From Nemertoderma westbladi (Eukaryota > Animalia > Xenacoelomorpha), in the NCBI GenBank assembly GCA_032718475.1, contig JAUCBJ010003070.1:62001-126000 (forward strand): a DNA stretch of 64,000 nucleotides, written 5' to 3'. The notes beneath the pieces are model-generated. The model had not been told where the DNA came from and made no database searches. It was given only the letters and a program-made list of their open reading frames with translations. Positions 24,218-37,830 of this stretch are shown here, in pieces; the stretch's first letter is position 1, and each line of letters opens with the position of its first letter. The translations under genes and the position numbers were made by a program.

Positions 24218-24870
24218 TTAAAGAAAGATGACAAGAACCACCATAATAATCAATGGAGCAACTTTGCAGGAAAAACTTGGAAGGATTGTTGTGGTTGTGG
24301 TTGTAGTAGTAGTAGTAGTCGTTGTAGTTGTACAGTAGTTGTAGTTGCATCTTTCATCCACATTTGTAGTGGACAATCGGTTCCTCTGCAACACTGGTTT
24401 TGACATACATCGTTTACAGAGGTTAAACCAACTTTTAGGCTATTAGTGATGTCATGTACTGCAACCATCACTTCAATATCGTAGCCCTCAATCTCCTGAC
24501 GTAAGAGCTCGGTACACTCTTGTTCTGTTAGAGGAGCACATGGATCATTTTCTCGGTAACAACTGTGTTGAGTGCCTATCGCAATGAGCGCAACATTCTC
24601 GCTGCTGTGAGCTGTTATTAGGCGTGAATAGGTTCCGCATTCATAACACACGTGTGCTGACATTCTCGGTTCGGTTAAAACGTAATGGCCAGGCAGAAAC
24701 TCCCAGTTATTACCACCTATTCCTAAGCGGCCGACTTTTGAATGGTATTCATTGGCTAATTCTTCATCGTCAGAAATGACACTGGTATTTGTTGACTCCA
24801 GACATGAAAGGAGCTGGGACCAACACATGGTCATGTGAAACGATATGTAAATGAAATGTATTATTCTCAT
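24218..24870 (-). CDS. Probable host secreted Cys-rich surface protein (Ly6/three-finger-like) with Thr stalk and GPI-like tail; apparent frameshift
   Basis: Hydrophobic N-terminus, then LSC...CYEC...SC..C..C...CQNQCCRGTDC. A second frame supplies CNYNYC, a poly-Thr stretch and the hydrophobic end APLIIMVVLVIFL-stop. Confidence 0.55.
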
Positions 24871-25508
24871 CTCTGCTCATTCATAAGCCCCTGAACATGG
24901 TACTGATATATTTTGACACTTTACCAATCACAATATTCGGACCCGGGTCTAGCACCCATGGAGGGTTGGCGTTATAGTTTACCTGATATGATTTGTCTCT
25001 TTCACAATATTTTATAGTTTAGATCACATTGAAAATTGAAGCCTTACATATAAGATTATATTAAAATATGTTAGTCCAAAATAAACTTATCGTGTTTCAT
25101 AATTAAGTCCCTCATGAAATGTTATATAAATATTATAAATTAATGGCCTCTTGCATATTGCGTGAATAATATCATTTTTATCTTTACGTCCCCAAGTTGT
25201 ATTCAACTTTTACTTTGGCAGAACGACGGAATCTACATCAGTGTAGTGGCAATATGGATTGCCTTGAATTCAAACATCTAGCCCAAGAGGTCATTGATTT
25301 GATCCTTACAAGGGTGCCACGCGAATTTTCCTTTCGGCATGAATGCTTTAAAGGGACTCATTTATGTACCTTGCATCTGAAAAGTATTACCTTAAAATCA
25401 CTCTCCGTTTTACAACAGTGCGAGACAAATCAAAACCGTGAGCCAAAAATAATCGCTAAATGGTTATATTTACACTTGAGCCGTTTTCTAAGTGTCTTTT
25501 TGAAGTAC

Positions 25509-26164
25509 ACAGTCTCCATTAATACAACAACCATTTTTAAGAGGTCGGAGCCCTCCCCACCCCCCCACCCCCCCCCCCCCCCCCCTCTAATTTTTTCAAA
25601 TTACAATCATATGCTACGAAATTGACGAATGATGATAGTTCCACAACTTTTCTTACTGCTGGCAGAGTCGGGTTTTTCAATTTCTGAGCTATTGCGATAT
25701 AACAAGTTTGTTTGTTTGTTTAGTAATACTGTATCTCCGTTGGCTTTATTTTTCGTCTTTTGAATGTAATCCAGACATATCATTAGAACCGCCTTTATCT
25801 GCAAATTCCGAATCTGAAAACCATTTTAAATTGCCAAAGGTATTATCAAAATACTAAGGTGTAAATTTTGAGACGTAAATCGCTATAATTATATAGCAGA
25901 TATGTTAATTATATAAAAAAAAGTTTTAAAAAATATAAAAATTTAACACTTAAAAAAAATGTTCTACAAAAAATTAGTTGTTCTTGAACATCATTAAAAA
26001 ATATTATGAAATGTTTTTACACTTTACACAAAGAGTAATAAGTATTAGCTGGTAAACTTTATGAATGTAGTTCTAGCTGTATTATTAAAAAATTATTGTC
26101 TACATATAAGATTTAAATTTGCTCTGATTTGCTAAAAAACGGCTGTTGTATTAAGGGAGATGGT
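25509..26164. mobile_element. MITE with ~30-bp imperfect TIRs
   Basis: ACAGTCTCCATTAATACAACAACCATTTTT at the left end matches the reverse complement of the right end, ACCATCTCCCTTAATACAACAGCCGTTTTT. Confidence 0.55.
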
Positions 26165-26263
26165 TTTGTAAAATCATACTATTATTTTATTCCAAAATTG
26201 TAACATTACTCATCGCCGTTAGTATTAACAGCGAGTTATTATTTAGCACTTTACAACTTTAGA

Positions 26264-27319
26264 TCAGATCATCATCAGATCAGTATACGATGGTTCGACA
26301 ACATTTGTGTCTACTGTTGATGGTGACACAGAACCATTTGAAGTGTTATGGGGCGTCCTCCAGGGAGACACACTTGCACCATTCTTGTTCATAATTGTGG
26401 TTGACTATGTTCTACGCATGTCCTTAGATCATCATAATGATGATGGGGTGAAGATAACTCCACCTACTGGAAGTCGAGGAAATCCTGCCAATTACCTAAC
26501 TGATCTAGACTTTGCTGATGACTTAGGAGTACTCTCAGAATCACTAGAGGGAGCCCAACGGCTCCTCAGCTCATTAGAACATGCTGCTTCTAGTGTTGGT
26601 CTTTTTATTAACTCCAGAAAGACCAAAATTTTGACAGTTAACTTTGAAAGTTCTCAGCAAGTCTCTGATCGGATGAGCATAAGGATGGTATGCTTGAGCA
26701 TGTGGACGACTTCTGTTACCTGGGATCATGGATCCGGAAGTCAGGTGAGGACCTTCGAATACGTAAGGGAAAGGCATGGGCAGCCTTGAATAGGCTTTCC
26801 AGGATTTGGAAGTCACCGAGAATTAATCGGAAACTTAAGGTCCGATTATTTAGAGCAGCAGCAGTTCCAGTACTCCTCTATGGGGCACCATGCTGGGCTC
26901 TAACTGCTGAGGACACCAAATCTCTGGATGGCACATTCACAAGAATGCTACGCCGGGTTCATTGTGTCAAGTACAATGCACACATCTCCAACCAGACACT
27001 ATATAACATTGGAGGTGTCTCATTGGTTCCCCCAAGCTTGACACTAGAACAAAATCGCCTCCGCTTTGCAGGACATTGCTTTCACCGTGAGGACCAGCCA
27101 GTGCATAATCTTGTACTTTGGCAGCCTCATGGAGTGAATAAGCATGGTGGACAGCCCATGACTTTCTTGAGACGCATCTTAAAGGACACTGGCCTTGAAG
27201 ATGCAGATGATCTGGCAAATGTCATGGGTGATAAGGAGTTGTGGCGGCGCAATTTTGTCGACAAGCCGGCACAGCATTCTTAAAAATGCAGCTGCAATGC
27301 ACCATGCCGATACTAGTAG
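26264..27319 (+). mobile_element. 5'-truncated RTE-like LINE (RT C-terminal part)
   Basis: Motifs GVLQGDTLAPFLF, LDFADD and FCYLGSWI; (TAG)n tail; 12-bp TSD TACAACTTTAGA at 26252-26263 and 27320-27331. Confidence 0.9.
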
Positions 27320-29603
27320 TACAACTTTAGAGGACATTACAGCATTGTATTAGTCTGTACATTTAGTATTGTATTTGGTGTTATCAGTTAAGTAATGTCC
27401 CCTTAGTGGACATTACTTAACGCCGTCATTGGTTACCATTTAAACAAAAGGTGGAAATTTGCCTGACAGCCGGATAGGCCTACTGCATGCATTACCTACC
27501 GGTAGGCGGGGTATAGCTATTAATAGCCAGTAGCTATATTATTAAAAAAAGGCTCCAAACGCCACCATAAATATAAGCTAACTTATTTCTAACATAATTT
27601 ATGTCATTTTTACATTTATTTATACAGAAACTAATTTAATTTGTGCAGTTTTTATATATCACTTATGTACAATCATTAATTTTAATTTAATTTTAATTTA
27701 ATTTTTAATCACATATCTTTAATAACATATTTTTAATAATATATTTTTAACAACATAAAATTTAATTGACAATATTATGTAATTGTTTAGAGCTCAATAT
27801 TTAAATTTCCCTCCATTTGGCTAGTGCCACCGTTTGCGTAATATCGTAATATTGTAATACCGGTACCTCATTCTCATACTTATTACATTCTAATTTTTAA
27901 ATTTTTACAGTTGTGTCAGAAGTCAGACATTGTGTTAAAAGGTTGAATAAAGGCCTGTGGCCGAAATATACCTTACTTATCAATTTTTCAACGTTACCGA
28001 AAGGTCAGCTCTATCACTTTATTTAATTTTAATTATGTATACAACGGCCATTATTGCAATGTCTCAATGATTATTATGATATGTATCAATGATTATTAAA
28101 TTCATCAATTTATAAATAGTAAAATGTATATAATTTGATGTTGGCCAGTTTTATTATTAAATAATTCGTCATTCAATAATAATATATGCTACTCGTCCCG
28201 TTTATGTGCAATTTCAAAATGTACAGTATCTTTGCATTGTATAATGTATATGCAGTATTTCTTAAAAAGTTTGTTTTACTAGTTATATAATAAAATAAAT
28301 CAATTATAAAATACTGTTGGGGGGGGGGGGGGGGGGGGGGGGGGGTCCGAAGTCAACAGATAAGATACACGTTACGAACTATGTTGAGCATGTATTGGGC
28401 AGATTCGACATAAACTAAATCCTTCGGCACAATTCCAGATTCCTGGGCATTTGTTGCTCTTGGGGATATTGCGGGAAACTATACAGTGACGGAATGACAG
28501 TTCCAGGTGAAACTTCTGACGAGTATCCCAACTACCACGCTAACAACGCTACAGTTCCAACCATTATGTTATGTAAAACCATTATACCATTGTTATACCC
28601 AGTCTAATTTCGTCCGTTGCCTTGATATATTGCTTTTTCAATATTAAAGAATCTTATATATTATTATTAGGACGTGGCACCTCAAATTTTGAAATATTCA
28701 AGCCCGGTTTACACTATACTCTTGGCGGTGATAGTGAGGTGGTTTTGCGACACATTTTGAATGCACTTTGTCAGCGCACCGCGTTCTTGCAGTGCTGTAT
28801 CCAAAAACCAAAAAGCTGTGATTGACCAACAGCGCTATAATAGAGCTGTCACCGTACTACTCTTTACAGTACTGTAAACAATAATTACACTATTTCATTT
28901 GGTAATAAAATCGGGTAACTACAATACATTTGAGAATTAAATTTTTTGTTTACAACTTTTGCTGATGAAAATCAGGTTACATTTAGAACTAATAATAATA
29001 GGGGCTATACATGACCTACTATAACAAGAACGATTATCAACGAAACAATATAGAGAACGATGAAATCCTTGGTAAATGTCAGCTCAAAGTACGGACAGAG
29101 AAGCAATCTTTTCTTCTAGAAGTAAAATTAAAAGGTAGAGTTTCATTAATAATATTTCGTTGATACCAGTAGGAGTGACTAAATGTGCTGATGAATAATA
29201 AAGTATAGCAATTGTTGAAAATTATTATAACGCATAGGTTTGATGGTTATTACGGTAACCAGGTAGTAAAATAATTTTATAAATTTGTTACAATTTTACA
29301 AACCAATAATGTTTCATGAAGGTATGTCAGTAGCAATAAGAATATTCCAATAAATACAATTTAAACTTGAATACCAGTTGCTATGGCACCTTAAGTACAA
29401 AATATACTGCCCCCACCCGGCGGCGCGCAAGATATGACGAGATATTATTTTCTTGATCAGGATATTGAATTTCTTAAAAAGAAAAAGCTAACTTTTTATC
29501 TGAAATATAGGTGAAAAGTGTATATATTTAAATCGTCGCTGCTGGTAGCTATGGTAACTAGGCGATGTTAAAACCTTCACAGAATATTGGCAACTAACCA
29601 TAC

Positions 29604-32600
29604 TGTAGTGATACAAACTCGCCACACTACATGGCTCGCCCCATATGCCAGCAGATACTCAGGGACTGCGGTACTGTAGGGATGACTCACCAGTATTCTT
29701 GGACTACGCCCTGACTCAGACTCAGGATACCACCGACCGATAGACAGCAGTTAGCTTGTCCAGTGGTCAGTACAGTTAGGTCTCCAGTCATAGGGCGCAC
29801 TGCCAGACAGACGGCCCAGCACAGCATTGTTGTTGTTTGTACTTGTGTGGTCACTACCTGTATATTATACGCCCGACATTATTCCGGCTCCACAGTTAGT
29901 CGTGACCTCCATACATGGCGCAGTTGTGTTTGTGTTGGTGAACTGAAACCACCACGCAATCCTAAACCTACGGACCTACCGGTACTCCTGTCTGCATAAC
30001 CCCAAACCCCGAGTAACGCAGAAGCGAACTGATGGCCGACCACAGAACTCCCTCCGAACAGGGCTCGGACGACACTGAACCCGCCATCGACGTTCTCAAC
30101 CACTTGCGTCAGGAGTTGGCAAAACGCGACGTTGACGCCACTCAACGCGAGGCGGCCGCAGACGCTCGCCTCGATAAACTAACTCAAATGCTGATACACC
30201 AGCAGGACAGTGCAGCACGCGAGCGCGCCGAGGCCAATGCGCAGATCGCGCAACTGTTGGGCGCACTCCAATCGGGCGCGGGTGTGACCAATCCCGGCGG
30301 GACCGGTCCGATACAACCCGCACCGACACGTCAACCACAACGCCGCGTTATCGATATCCGCGATCTCGAGAAAATCGATAGCGATGTCGACTTCACCTCG
30401 TTCCGTCGGTGGCGAGAGGCCTGGCGCGTCCACGCGCACCGCCAACAAGCATCCACATTCCCACGTGACGAACAGGTTTATTCGCTAATATCCGCAATTG
30501 GTCGAGACCTACAACAAACTCTCACCGTGACGCTCAACGTCGACATCGACGACGACGCAACCACCGTGGAGACGGTTCTCGACGCCCTCCAGGCGCACCT
30601 CCGGTCAAAGCGCAGTATCGCCATCGATGGAATAAAGTTCCACGACCGGAGACAGGGCCCGAACGAAAACTTCGACTCGTTCCGGATCGCCCTGGAGGAA
30701 CTCGGCGACGCCGCGGAACTTTGCGAACACTGTCGGAATCGACAGATCGTGACGCAGATCCTGGTCGGCATCCGTTCGTCGGAGACCCGCACCGAACTCC
30801 TCAAGGTTCTTCCACAACCTTCCCTCGAGGATTGCGTACGCATCTGCCAATCGATGGAGGCGAGCGAGCGTAACGACTCAATAATCGGGCGTGGGACCCC
30901 GGTTACGAAACTCACGTCGTCGTACAAACGTGGGCGTTCGACCTCCCGGCAAACCCCACCTCCGCCCCAACACGCATCTAATGCCTCCGGAGTATGCCGA
31001 AACTGTGGGCGCAGTCACCCTCCGGGAAAGAGTAACTGCCCCGCCAAAGACACGAAATGCCATAACTGTGGAAAGTGGGGCCACCTCCAGGCAGTCTGTC
31101 GTTCCGACTCGGTACATAAACCCAGTTCCAGGGGCGGCAAAGGAACGGGTAAACCCGCCTCGAGAGTGAACACGATCACGGGCGGCGGACCGATAAACTC
31201 AATAACATTCGCCTGCGACCTCCCCCGCATCGAGGTCGAGGTGCGCGGCGTGGACGATGATGACGTATGCGGAATCATACGCAATGTCCTCGCGGATAGC
31301 GGCGCTGCAGCCACCGTGCTAAGCCAGGAGATTTTCTACCGGATGGGCGGCTGTAACCAGGACCTTACTCCTCACCCCACTGCGGATCTACGCGCCGCCA
31401 ACGACCTTCCACTGGAGATAATGGGAGTTTTTGCTGCCCGAGTTTTCTTCGCAGGAAACTCGGCGATCGTGAACATCGGCGTCTCCCCGGAAGTCGACGG
31501 ACTCATCCTCTCCTTCCGGTCGCTCGTCGATCTCAAACTCCTCCACCCCAACTTCCCTCATCCCATCGCCTCTGTAGCATCTGTAACCGATCCTACGGCA
31601 CATTTACGCGCGAACCTCCTCAACGAATTCGCCGATGTATTCGACGACACCGATCGACCGCTCGGTACGATGGCCGGCGAGCCGATGCACGTTGAGTTGA
31701 AGGAAGGCGCCACCCCGTTCCACGCAAACGGCGCGAGGCCTATACCATTTGCGCTACGGGACGAGGTGCGCGCCCACCTGGACGAGATGGAACGACGGGA
31801 AGTCATCGAGCGGGTCACCGAACCTACTGACTGGGCCCACCCGCTCACTGTCGCTCGCAAACCCAATGGGAAACTCCGGGTTTGCGTCGACCTCCGCCAC
31901 CTGAACGACCAGGTTAAGCGGCCGTATTACCCCACCCCGAGCCCGCGGGTGGCGGTTACCGGGATATCCACGACCGCTAAGATATTCTCGGTATTTGACG
32001 CCGCCGCCGGCTATTGGCAGGTCCCCCTCGACCCAGCATCCCAACTCCTCACCACTTTTGTAACCCCCTGGGGACGGTATAAGTATAGGAGGGGCGTAAT
32101 GGGACTCATATCGAGTGGGGACGAATTCAATCGCCGGGGCGACGACGCATTGCGTGGACTTCCCGGTATGGTGAAAGTCGTCGACGACGTCCTTCTATAC
32201 GACAACAACCTGGACGACCACATCGCCAGTGTCCGACGGTTCCTCACGCGATGCCGTACAGCCGGCATCTCACTCAACCCTGACAAAATACAACTCGCCC
32301 AACCCAAAGTTAAGTTTGCAGGCTACATTGCCGGGGCCGACGGCATCCAGGCAGACCCATCCAAGGTCCGCGCCATAACGGATTTCCCTCGACCAACCAA
32401 CATTACAGACTTGAGGAGCTTTGTTGGGTTGGTCGAGCAACTCACCCCATTTTCGACAGACATCTCGGCTACGATGTCCCCCCTGCGCCCCCTCCTCCGT
32501 TCCAGGAATCCATACGAGTGGAACTCTGACCACGAGGCGGCATTCGAGGCGACCAAACGCACACTCGTCTCCCCACCCATCCTCGCTTCCTTCGATCCGG

Positions 32601-34788
32601 AGCTCGACACTAAGCTCGAGACTGACGCCTCAAGGAAGAACGGGTTGGGATACGCACTACTTCAGCGGCACGGGACCGACTGGAGGTTGGTAGAATGCGG
32701 TTCACGGTTTATTTCGGAAACCGAGTCGCGCTATGCGATGGTGGAGCTGGGGCTCCTCGCTGTTGCGTGGGCCGCCCACAAGTGCCGTCTCTACCTCGTG
32801 GGACTCCCACATTTCACGCTGGTGGTAGACCACCAGCCCCTGGTGTCCATCCTCGACCGCCAGACGCTGGATGCCAACGACAACTCACGGATCCAGCGAC
32901 TCAAGTCGAAACTCTCCTCCTTTGTACTTACTACCATCTGGAGGAGAGGAAAGGATCACCGCATTCCCGATGCTCTGTCCCGCTCCCCTGTCGACGACCC
33001 ATCCGACGATGATCTTGTTGACGACGGAGACATGGGCCACTACCTATGTGCTGTAACGTCACAGGTGGCTGCAACAATTGTGGGGGACGAACTCGATCCG
33101 GATGACGACCACCCCGATCTACTCCTCCAATCTTTGGCTGCAATGGCTCGGGCCGACTCCGATTACGTCGACCTCCTCGGCGCCATTCGCACCGGATTCC
33201 CGCCGCCGTCCCGCCAACTTCCTGGTGTCCAACCCTTTTGGTCGTTACGCGATGAACTTTCATCCGACCGCGACCTCGTCCTCTACGGACAACGGATTGT
33301 AGTCCCGCGGGCCTCCCGCTGGGACACTCTAGCGCGCCTCCACGCCGCACACCAAGGAGTCGAGAAGACGCTACGTCGCGCCCGCCAGACAGTGTACTGG
33401 CCCGGACTGACAAACGACGTTCGGACCACCGTCGAGTCCTGTGAGCCCTGCCTCACTCGACGCCCCAGCCTCGCGAAGGAACCCATGCTACGGGAGCGCG
33501 AGGCCACAAGACCATTCGAGGAAATCTCCGGAGATCTCTTCGCACTCGACGGTCACAACTTCCTCGCCATCGCGGATCGTTACTCCGGTTGGCCCGAAGT
33601 CTACAAATACGGGAATCCCCCAACCTCTGCTTCTACCGCTACGCATGTGAGGGACGTATTTACGCGTTTTGGCGCCCCCTTACGTTTCGCTTCCGACGGC
33701 GGTCCACAATTCGCTGGAAAGAATTTTACCGACTTCCTCCAGGTCTGGGGGGTCGATCCCGTAGTATCGTCTCCCGAATATCCCCAGAGCAATGGCCACG
33801 CGGAGTCTGCCGTGAAGGCACTCAAGGCGTTGCTCACCAAGACCGGGGGGAAAATGAACTCAGATGCTTTCCAGGAAGGACTCCTAGAACTCAGAAATTC
33901 CCCCCGCGCCCATGGAATGTCGCCGGCCCAGATTCTCTTTGGGCACCCCATACGGTCGCGAGTGCCAATGCACAGCCGCGCTTTCCTCCGGGAACACCAA
34001 CTGACCCGCGCGGAGCTCGACGAGGCACTGCCCTCACTCCACGGCACCCAGATGGCTGCCTACAATCGCGGAGCCAAACCCCTTATTCCATTCGCTGTAG
34101 GGGACCCGGTCCGAATTCAAAACCCAGTCTCGAAGCGATGGGACCGCACTGGGATTGTCACGGAAACAAGACCCAACCGGAAGTACACCGTACGTACCCC
34201 TTCCGGTCGATGCCTCACCCGGAACCGCCGCCACCTCATCTGGGACACCGCCGCTACCGGCACACGAGAGTGCACCCCACTCACACCAACAGCCATCGGG
34301 ATACCGAGGGACAACGGCCCAAGATCACCTGCAACGCCACCGAAGCGCGTACACTGGGCTGACACTCCCCCCACTCAACAACCCGATCGGCCTCGTAGAG
34401 CCTACCCCTCCCGCGTGAGGCGTCCCCCCAACAGATTCTGAGAGTTCGTTGACCCCGCAACGAACTAGAAGGGGGGTGTAGTGATACAAACTCGCCACAC
34501 TACATGGCTCGCCCCATATGCCAGCAGATACTCAGGGACTGCGGTACTGTAGGGATGACTCACCAGTATTCTTGGACTACGCCCTGACTCAGACTCAGGA
34601 TACCACCGACCGATAGACAGCAGTTAGCTTGTCCAGTGGTCAGTACAGTTAGGTCTCCAGTCATAGGGCGCACTGCCAGACAGACGGCCCAGCACAGCAT
34701 TGTTGTTGTTTGTACTTGTGTGGTCACTACCTGTATATTATACGCCCGACATTATTCCGGCTCCACAGTTAGTCGTGACCTCCATACA
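29604..34788 (+). mobile_element. Full-length Ty3/Gypsy LTR retrotransposon (Mag-like)
   Basis: 312-bp LTRs at 29604-29915 and 34477-34788 that appear identical; TSD CATAC; PBS TGGCGCAG at 29916; PPT AGAAGGGGGG at 34467-34476. Confidence 0.97.
30032..34441 (+). CDS. gag-pol: Gag-Pol polyprotein (1469 aa): capsid, two CCHC knuckles, protease, RT, RNase H, integrase
   Basis: CRNCGRSH and CHNCGKWGH knuckles; LADSGAA protease; LRVCVDLR and VVDD in RT; TDAS/DH/DALS in RNase H; HHCC, SDGGPQF and SNGHAE in integrase. Domain order is PR-RT-RH-IN. Confidence 0.97.
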   Translation: MADHRTPSEQGSDDTEPAIDVLNHLRQELAKRDVDATQREAAADARLDKLTQMLIHQQDSAARERAEANAQIAQLLGALQSGAGVTNPGGTGPIQPAPTRQPQRRVIDIRDLEKIDSDVDFTSFRRWREAWRVHAHRQQASTFPRDEQVYSLISAIGRDLQQTLTVTLNVDIDDDATTVETVLDALQAHLRSKRSIAIDGIKFHDRRQGPNENFDSFRIALEELGDAAELCEHCRNRQIVTQILVGIRSSETRTELLKVLPQPSLEDCVRICQSMEASERNDSIIGRGTPVTKLTSSYKRGRSTSRQTPPPPQHASNASGVCRNCGRSHPPGKSNCPAKDTKCHNCGKWGHLQAVCRSDSVHKPSSRGGKGTGKPASRVNTITGGGPINSITFACDLPRIEVEVRGVDDDDVCGIIRNVLADSGAAATVLSQEIFYRMGGCNQDLTPHPTADLRAANDLPLEIMGVFAARVFFAGNSAIVNIGVSPEVDGLILSFRSLVDLKLLHPNFPHPIASVASVTDPTAHLRANLLNEFADVFDDTDRPLGTMAGEPMHVELKEGATPFHANGARPIPFALRDEVRAHLDEMERREVIERVTEPTDWAHPLTVARKPNGKLRVCVDLRHLNDQVKRPYYPTPSPRVAVTGISTTAKIFSVFDAAAGYWQVPLDPASQLLTTFVTPWGRYKYRRGVMGLISSGDEFNRRGDDALRGLPGMVKVVDDVLLYDNNLDDHIASVRRFLTRCRTAGISLNPDKIQLAQPKVKFAGYIAGADGIQADPSKVRAITDFPRPTNITDLRSFVGLVEQLTPFSTDISATMSPLRPLLRSRNPYEWNSDHEAAFEATKRTLVSPPILASFDPELDTKLETDASRKNGLGYALLQRHGTDWRLVECGSRFISETESRYAMVELGLLAVAWAAHKCRLYLVGLPHFTLVVDHQPLVSILDRQTLDANDNSRIQRLKSKLSSFVLTTIWRRGKDHRIPDALSRSPVDDPSDDDLVDDGDMGHYLCAVTSQVAATIVGDELDPDDDHPDLLLQSLAAMARADSDYVDLLGAIRTGFPPPSRQLPGVQPFWSLRDELSSDRDLVLYGQRIVVPRASRWDTLARLHAAHQGVEKTLRRARQTVYWPGLTNDVRTTVESCEPCLTRRPSLAKEPMLREREATRPFEEISGDLFALDGHNFLAIADRYSGWPEVYKYGNPPTSASTATHVRDVFTRFGAPLRFASDGGPQFAGKNFTDFLQVWGVDPVVSSPEYPQSNGHAESAVKALKALLTKTGGKMNSDAFQEGLLELRNSPRAHGMSPAQILFGHPIRSRVPMHSRAFLREHQLTRAELDEALPSLHGTQMAAYNRGAKPLIPFAVGDPVRIQNPVSKRWDRTGIVTETRPNRKYTVRTPSGRCLTRNRRHLIWDTAATGTRECTPLTPTAIGIPRDNGPRSPATPPKRVHWADTPPTQQPDRPRRAYPSRVRRPPNRF

Positions 34789-35405
34789 CATACTATATAC
34801 CTGATTCAAGTTCTGACTTAATTAATCGATATAAGTGTTTAATTGTAAAAGGCAAAATAAATGTATATATTGAAATGACATTACTGGTTACTATGGTAAA
34901 TGGCAGCAAGAAAAATTTCCTCAAAAGGTAAAAAATTTACTAATCTATAATTAGTGAAATTTTTGTGACCAGCAGATAAAGTGGAAAAATCTTATTAAAG
35001 TTGAAAGTTACCCCACTAAATTTTTACGCCTGCAGCAGCATTCCGGCAGCAGCGGCATTCGTGTTATAGTAGGTCATGGTGTTACCCTCACCCCATCTTT
35101 TTTAAGATGGTCTAAGGATATGTGTAGAACATAATCAACCACAATTATGAATAAGAATGGTGCAAGTGTGTCACCGAGGAGGTATCCCCATAAAACTAAA
35201 ATGTATCATCGGTGTCACCATAATTATCCGCATCATCGAGACCCATTAGTGTCCTTTATGAAGCATCTCGAAAAAGTAATGGGCTATCTCACTTATTCTC
35301 TCCATTTGGCTTGACAAAACAAAACATGGTCCTCTCTGAAAGCAATGTTTTTGTAAAAAGTAACTCGAACTGTTTCTTTGCATTTTTAAATAACTTCTAA
35401 ATATC

Positions 35406-36768
35406 AACTACTACTACTACTACTACTAGGTCGAGCGAACTCGGACAGTGGAAATGAGATCCTTCCAGGCTTCCCGATTCTCCATAGTTGTCGCAATTTC
35501 GTTTCTCCCAAGTTCAGTATCCCTTTCAAGTTGATCTATATATGTTATGGCCGGTCGTCCACGACTACGCTTTCCATGAGTTGGTTGCCAGAAAAGTATA
35601 TCTGGTATGACCTCGACTTTACTTCGCCAGCAGTGCCCATTGAATCTTCATCTGCGTTCATGGAGGGTGGTTGATACAGGTGGTATTGTACCATAAAGCT
35701 CGGCGTTTGTCATGTGTTGTCTCCAGCTGATGTTTAGGGCTGCCCTTAGTAGTTTTGTGTAGCAACCATCAATTCGTTGTTCAAGTGATTTAGTCAGTGT
35801 CCAGGTCTCACCCCTGTATAAAAACACACTTTCCACTGTGGCTCGAAACAACTTAGTCTTTAGGTGCCTGGAGAGATCTGATTTCCAGATGATATCCATT
35901 TTTGATAGAGCTACCCAAGCCTTTGCTTTCTTAACTTCTATGTCCTTTTTGCTACTCTCTATCCATGATCCTAGGTACTGGAAGTCAGCAACCTTCCTTA
36001 GTTGATTATTATCAATGGTTGTCAAGTTTCCATCAACATTAAAAGTCATGAATTCGGTCTCGGTAGCATTTATATGCAATCCAACCTCCTTAGCAGCCCT
36101 CTCCACTTTATTTAGTAGAAGCAGTGCATCTGCTAGCGTATTAGAGAGCAGGGCGATGTCATCCGCGAAGTTGGTGTTTGTGACTGTAGTTGCCGGATAT
36201 CTACTACTTCTGCGTTCTTGAAGTGTGAATCCCAGATCTTCACCCTTTGTGGCCGTCCCCATTGCGTAATTCCAGTACAATTACAAATAGTAATTGGTGC
36301 TAATGTGTCACCTTGCAGTACGCCAGCCAGGATTGAGAAAAACTCAATTTCACCATCTGGTGAGAGTACCTGTGCTTCTGTGTCACAATATAACAATCCA
36401 ATGCCAGCAACAAATACTTCTGGTATTCCATAAGCTCTTAGGATTTCAAGTATTTTACCTCTAGGTATGGAATCGAATGCCTTCTTGAAGTCCACAAAAG
36501 TCATGACTGCGGGGAGATTCTTTGACTTAATACCTTCAATCAGTCTCCGTAGTGTAAGTATCTGAGCTATTATTGATCTACTTGGTCGAAATCCGTTTTG
36601 GCTCTTACGCAGTAGTTTCTCTATGTGAGGCCTAATCCTATATAGAATCACTTTATTGTATATTTTGGCAGCTACCACAAGCAGACAGATCCCACGATAG
36701 TTTGTTGGTATACCGAGGTCTCCTTTCTAGGGGAGATGCTTTATTTGACATCGACCTCGATGTTTGGT
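35406..36768 (-). mobile_element. 5'-truncated RTE-like LINE
   Basis: Motifs QNGFRP, FVDFKKAFDSI, GVLQGDTLAP, FADD and FQYLGSWI; (TAG)n tail; 11-bp TSD TTCTAAATATC at 35395-35405 and 36769-36779. Confidence 0.9.
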
Positions 36769-37195
36769 TTCTAAATATCTAGGTTTTCATATTGATAGTA
36801 AATTAACATGACTAATAATGTTGGAGCGAAAGGTAGCATTATATAAGTGGGGAATGCATTTATGTATTATTTATAAATGAATTACACTCATGGAATGCAA
36901 TAACGCAAAGTCTAAAATCGAAGGCCCTTGAAAAATCATTACGATAATGATTGACAAGAAATGTTACATTATATCCCTCCAACCCAGGATTCAATCTCCT
37001 ACAAGTAAACTAGCCCTACCAAAAACTAGCCCTACCAGTTCCTTTTTATTAGCCCTGCCAGTTCCAACCACAGATTTATTCCCTTGGCCACAGACATCCT
37101 CGGTTCCAAAACTCAGATAGTTCAGGAGACTTACTGCGGCAGTTTAAACTGCGCTAATATTGTATGCAGTTGGGTGAAGTCAGGGGGAGTATTCT

Positions 37196-37503
37196 CAGAA
37201 TGTTGTGTACCATTATAATTGTGGAAGCTGCGATGCTTCTTACGTTGGACGCACTGTACGCCACCTGGCTAAACGTGTTGAGGAACACACTGGCTTTCTG
37301 TACAACTCCGGAAAATTCTCCCGTCCAAAAATTATTCTATCTTTGAACACTCCTCCACCGCCGATCATCCCACGTTAAAAGAAAATTTCAGCATCTTATC
37401 AACATCCCGTAACTTGCGCGAACTTCTCATAAAGAGACATTGTTCATTAGGAAACTTCGCCCCACTTTAAATGACCAAACCAAACCTACTGTAGTTCCCT
37501 AAT
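37196..37503 (+). pseudogene. Penelope-like element GIY-YIG endonuclease fragment
   Basis: Manual translation gives QNVVYHYNCGSCDASYVGRTVRHLAKRVEEH and FSILSTSRNLRELLIK/ETLFIRKLRPTLN. Confidence 0.85.
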
Positions 37504-37789
37504 ATATCCCCCCCCCCCCCCCGCCCCTACCCCACGTACTGCCTTATTCGTGTACCGGTAGGTCCTGACTTTCTTACTGGACTGTCTTATACTATCCGCT
37601 CTGTTGTTTCTGTAGTTCTGTACTGCTGTACATGCCTTCCATATTCAATTACAACCTTTTTTTGCACACTAGCAACACCCATTATTTTGTAAATTGTTTT
37701 TTTTGTATTGTTATTACAATCTTCACCAGCCTTATTATTGTATTTTGTATTTAGTACTGTCTTTCACTAATTTTCAGGTATTTGTTTTT

Positions 37790-37830
37790 GCTTTGATAAT
37801 GTTTATTGTTAAATAATTCGAAATGTCAGC
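37790..37830 (+). ncRNA. Minimal type I hammerhead ribozyme-like motif of the Penelope pLTR
   Basis: GCT-TTGATAA-stem II-GAAA-T-GTC-AGC: stem I GCT/AGC, a U3-A8 variant of CUGAUGA, and a GUC cleavage triplet. It lies just 3' of the Penelope ORF. Confidence 0.65.

Larger units (their letters stand above)
29010..35078. mobile_element. Non-autonomous TIR element hosting the Gypsy insertion
   Basis: 21-bp inverted repeats CATGACCTACTATAACA(A/C)GAA at 29010-29030 and 35058-35078. No clear TSD. Confidence 0.5.

Noticed and set aside
30096-34418. Many antisense and alternate-frame ORFs over gag-pol
   Set aside because: Expected shadow ORFs of GC-rich coding sequence.
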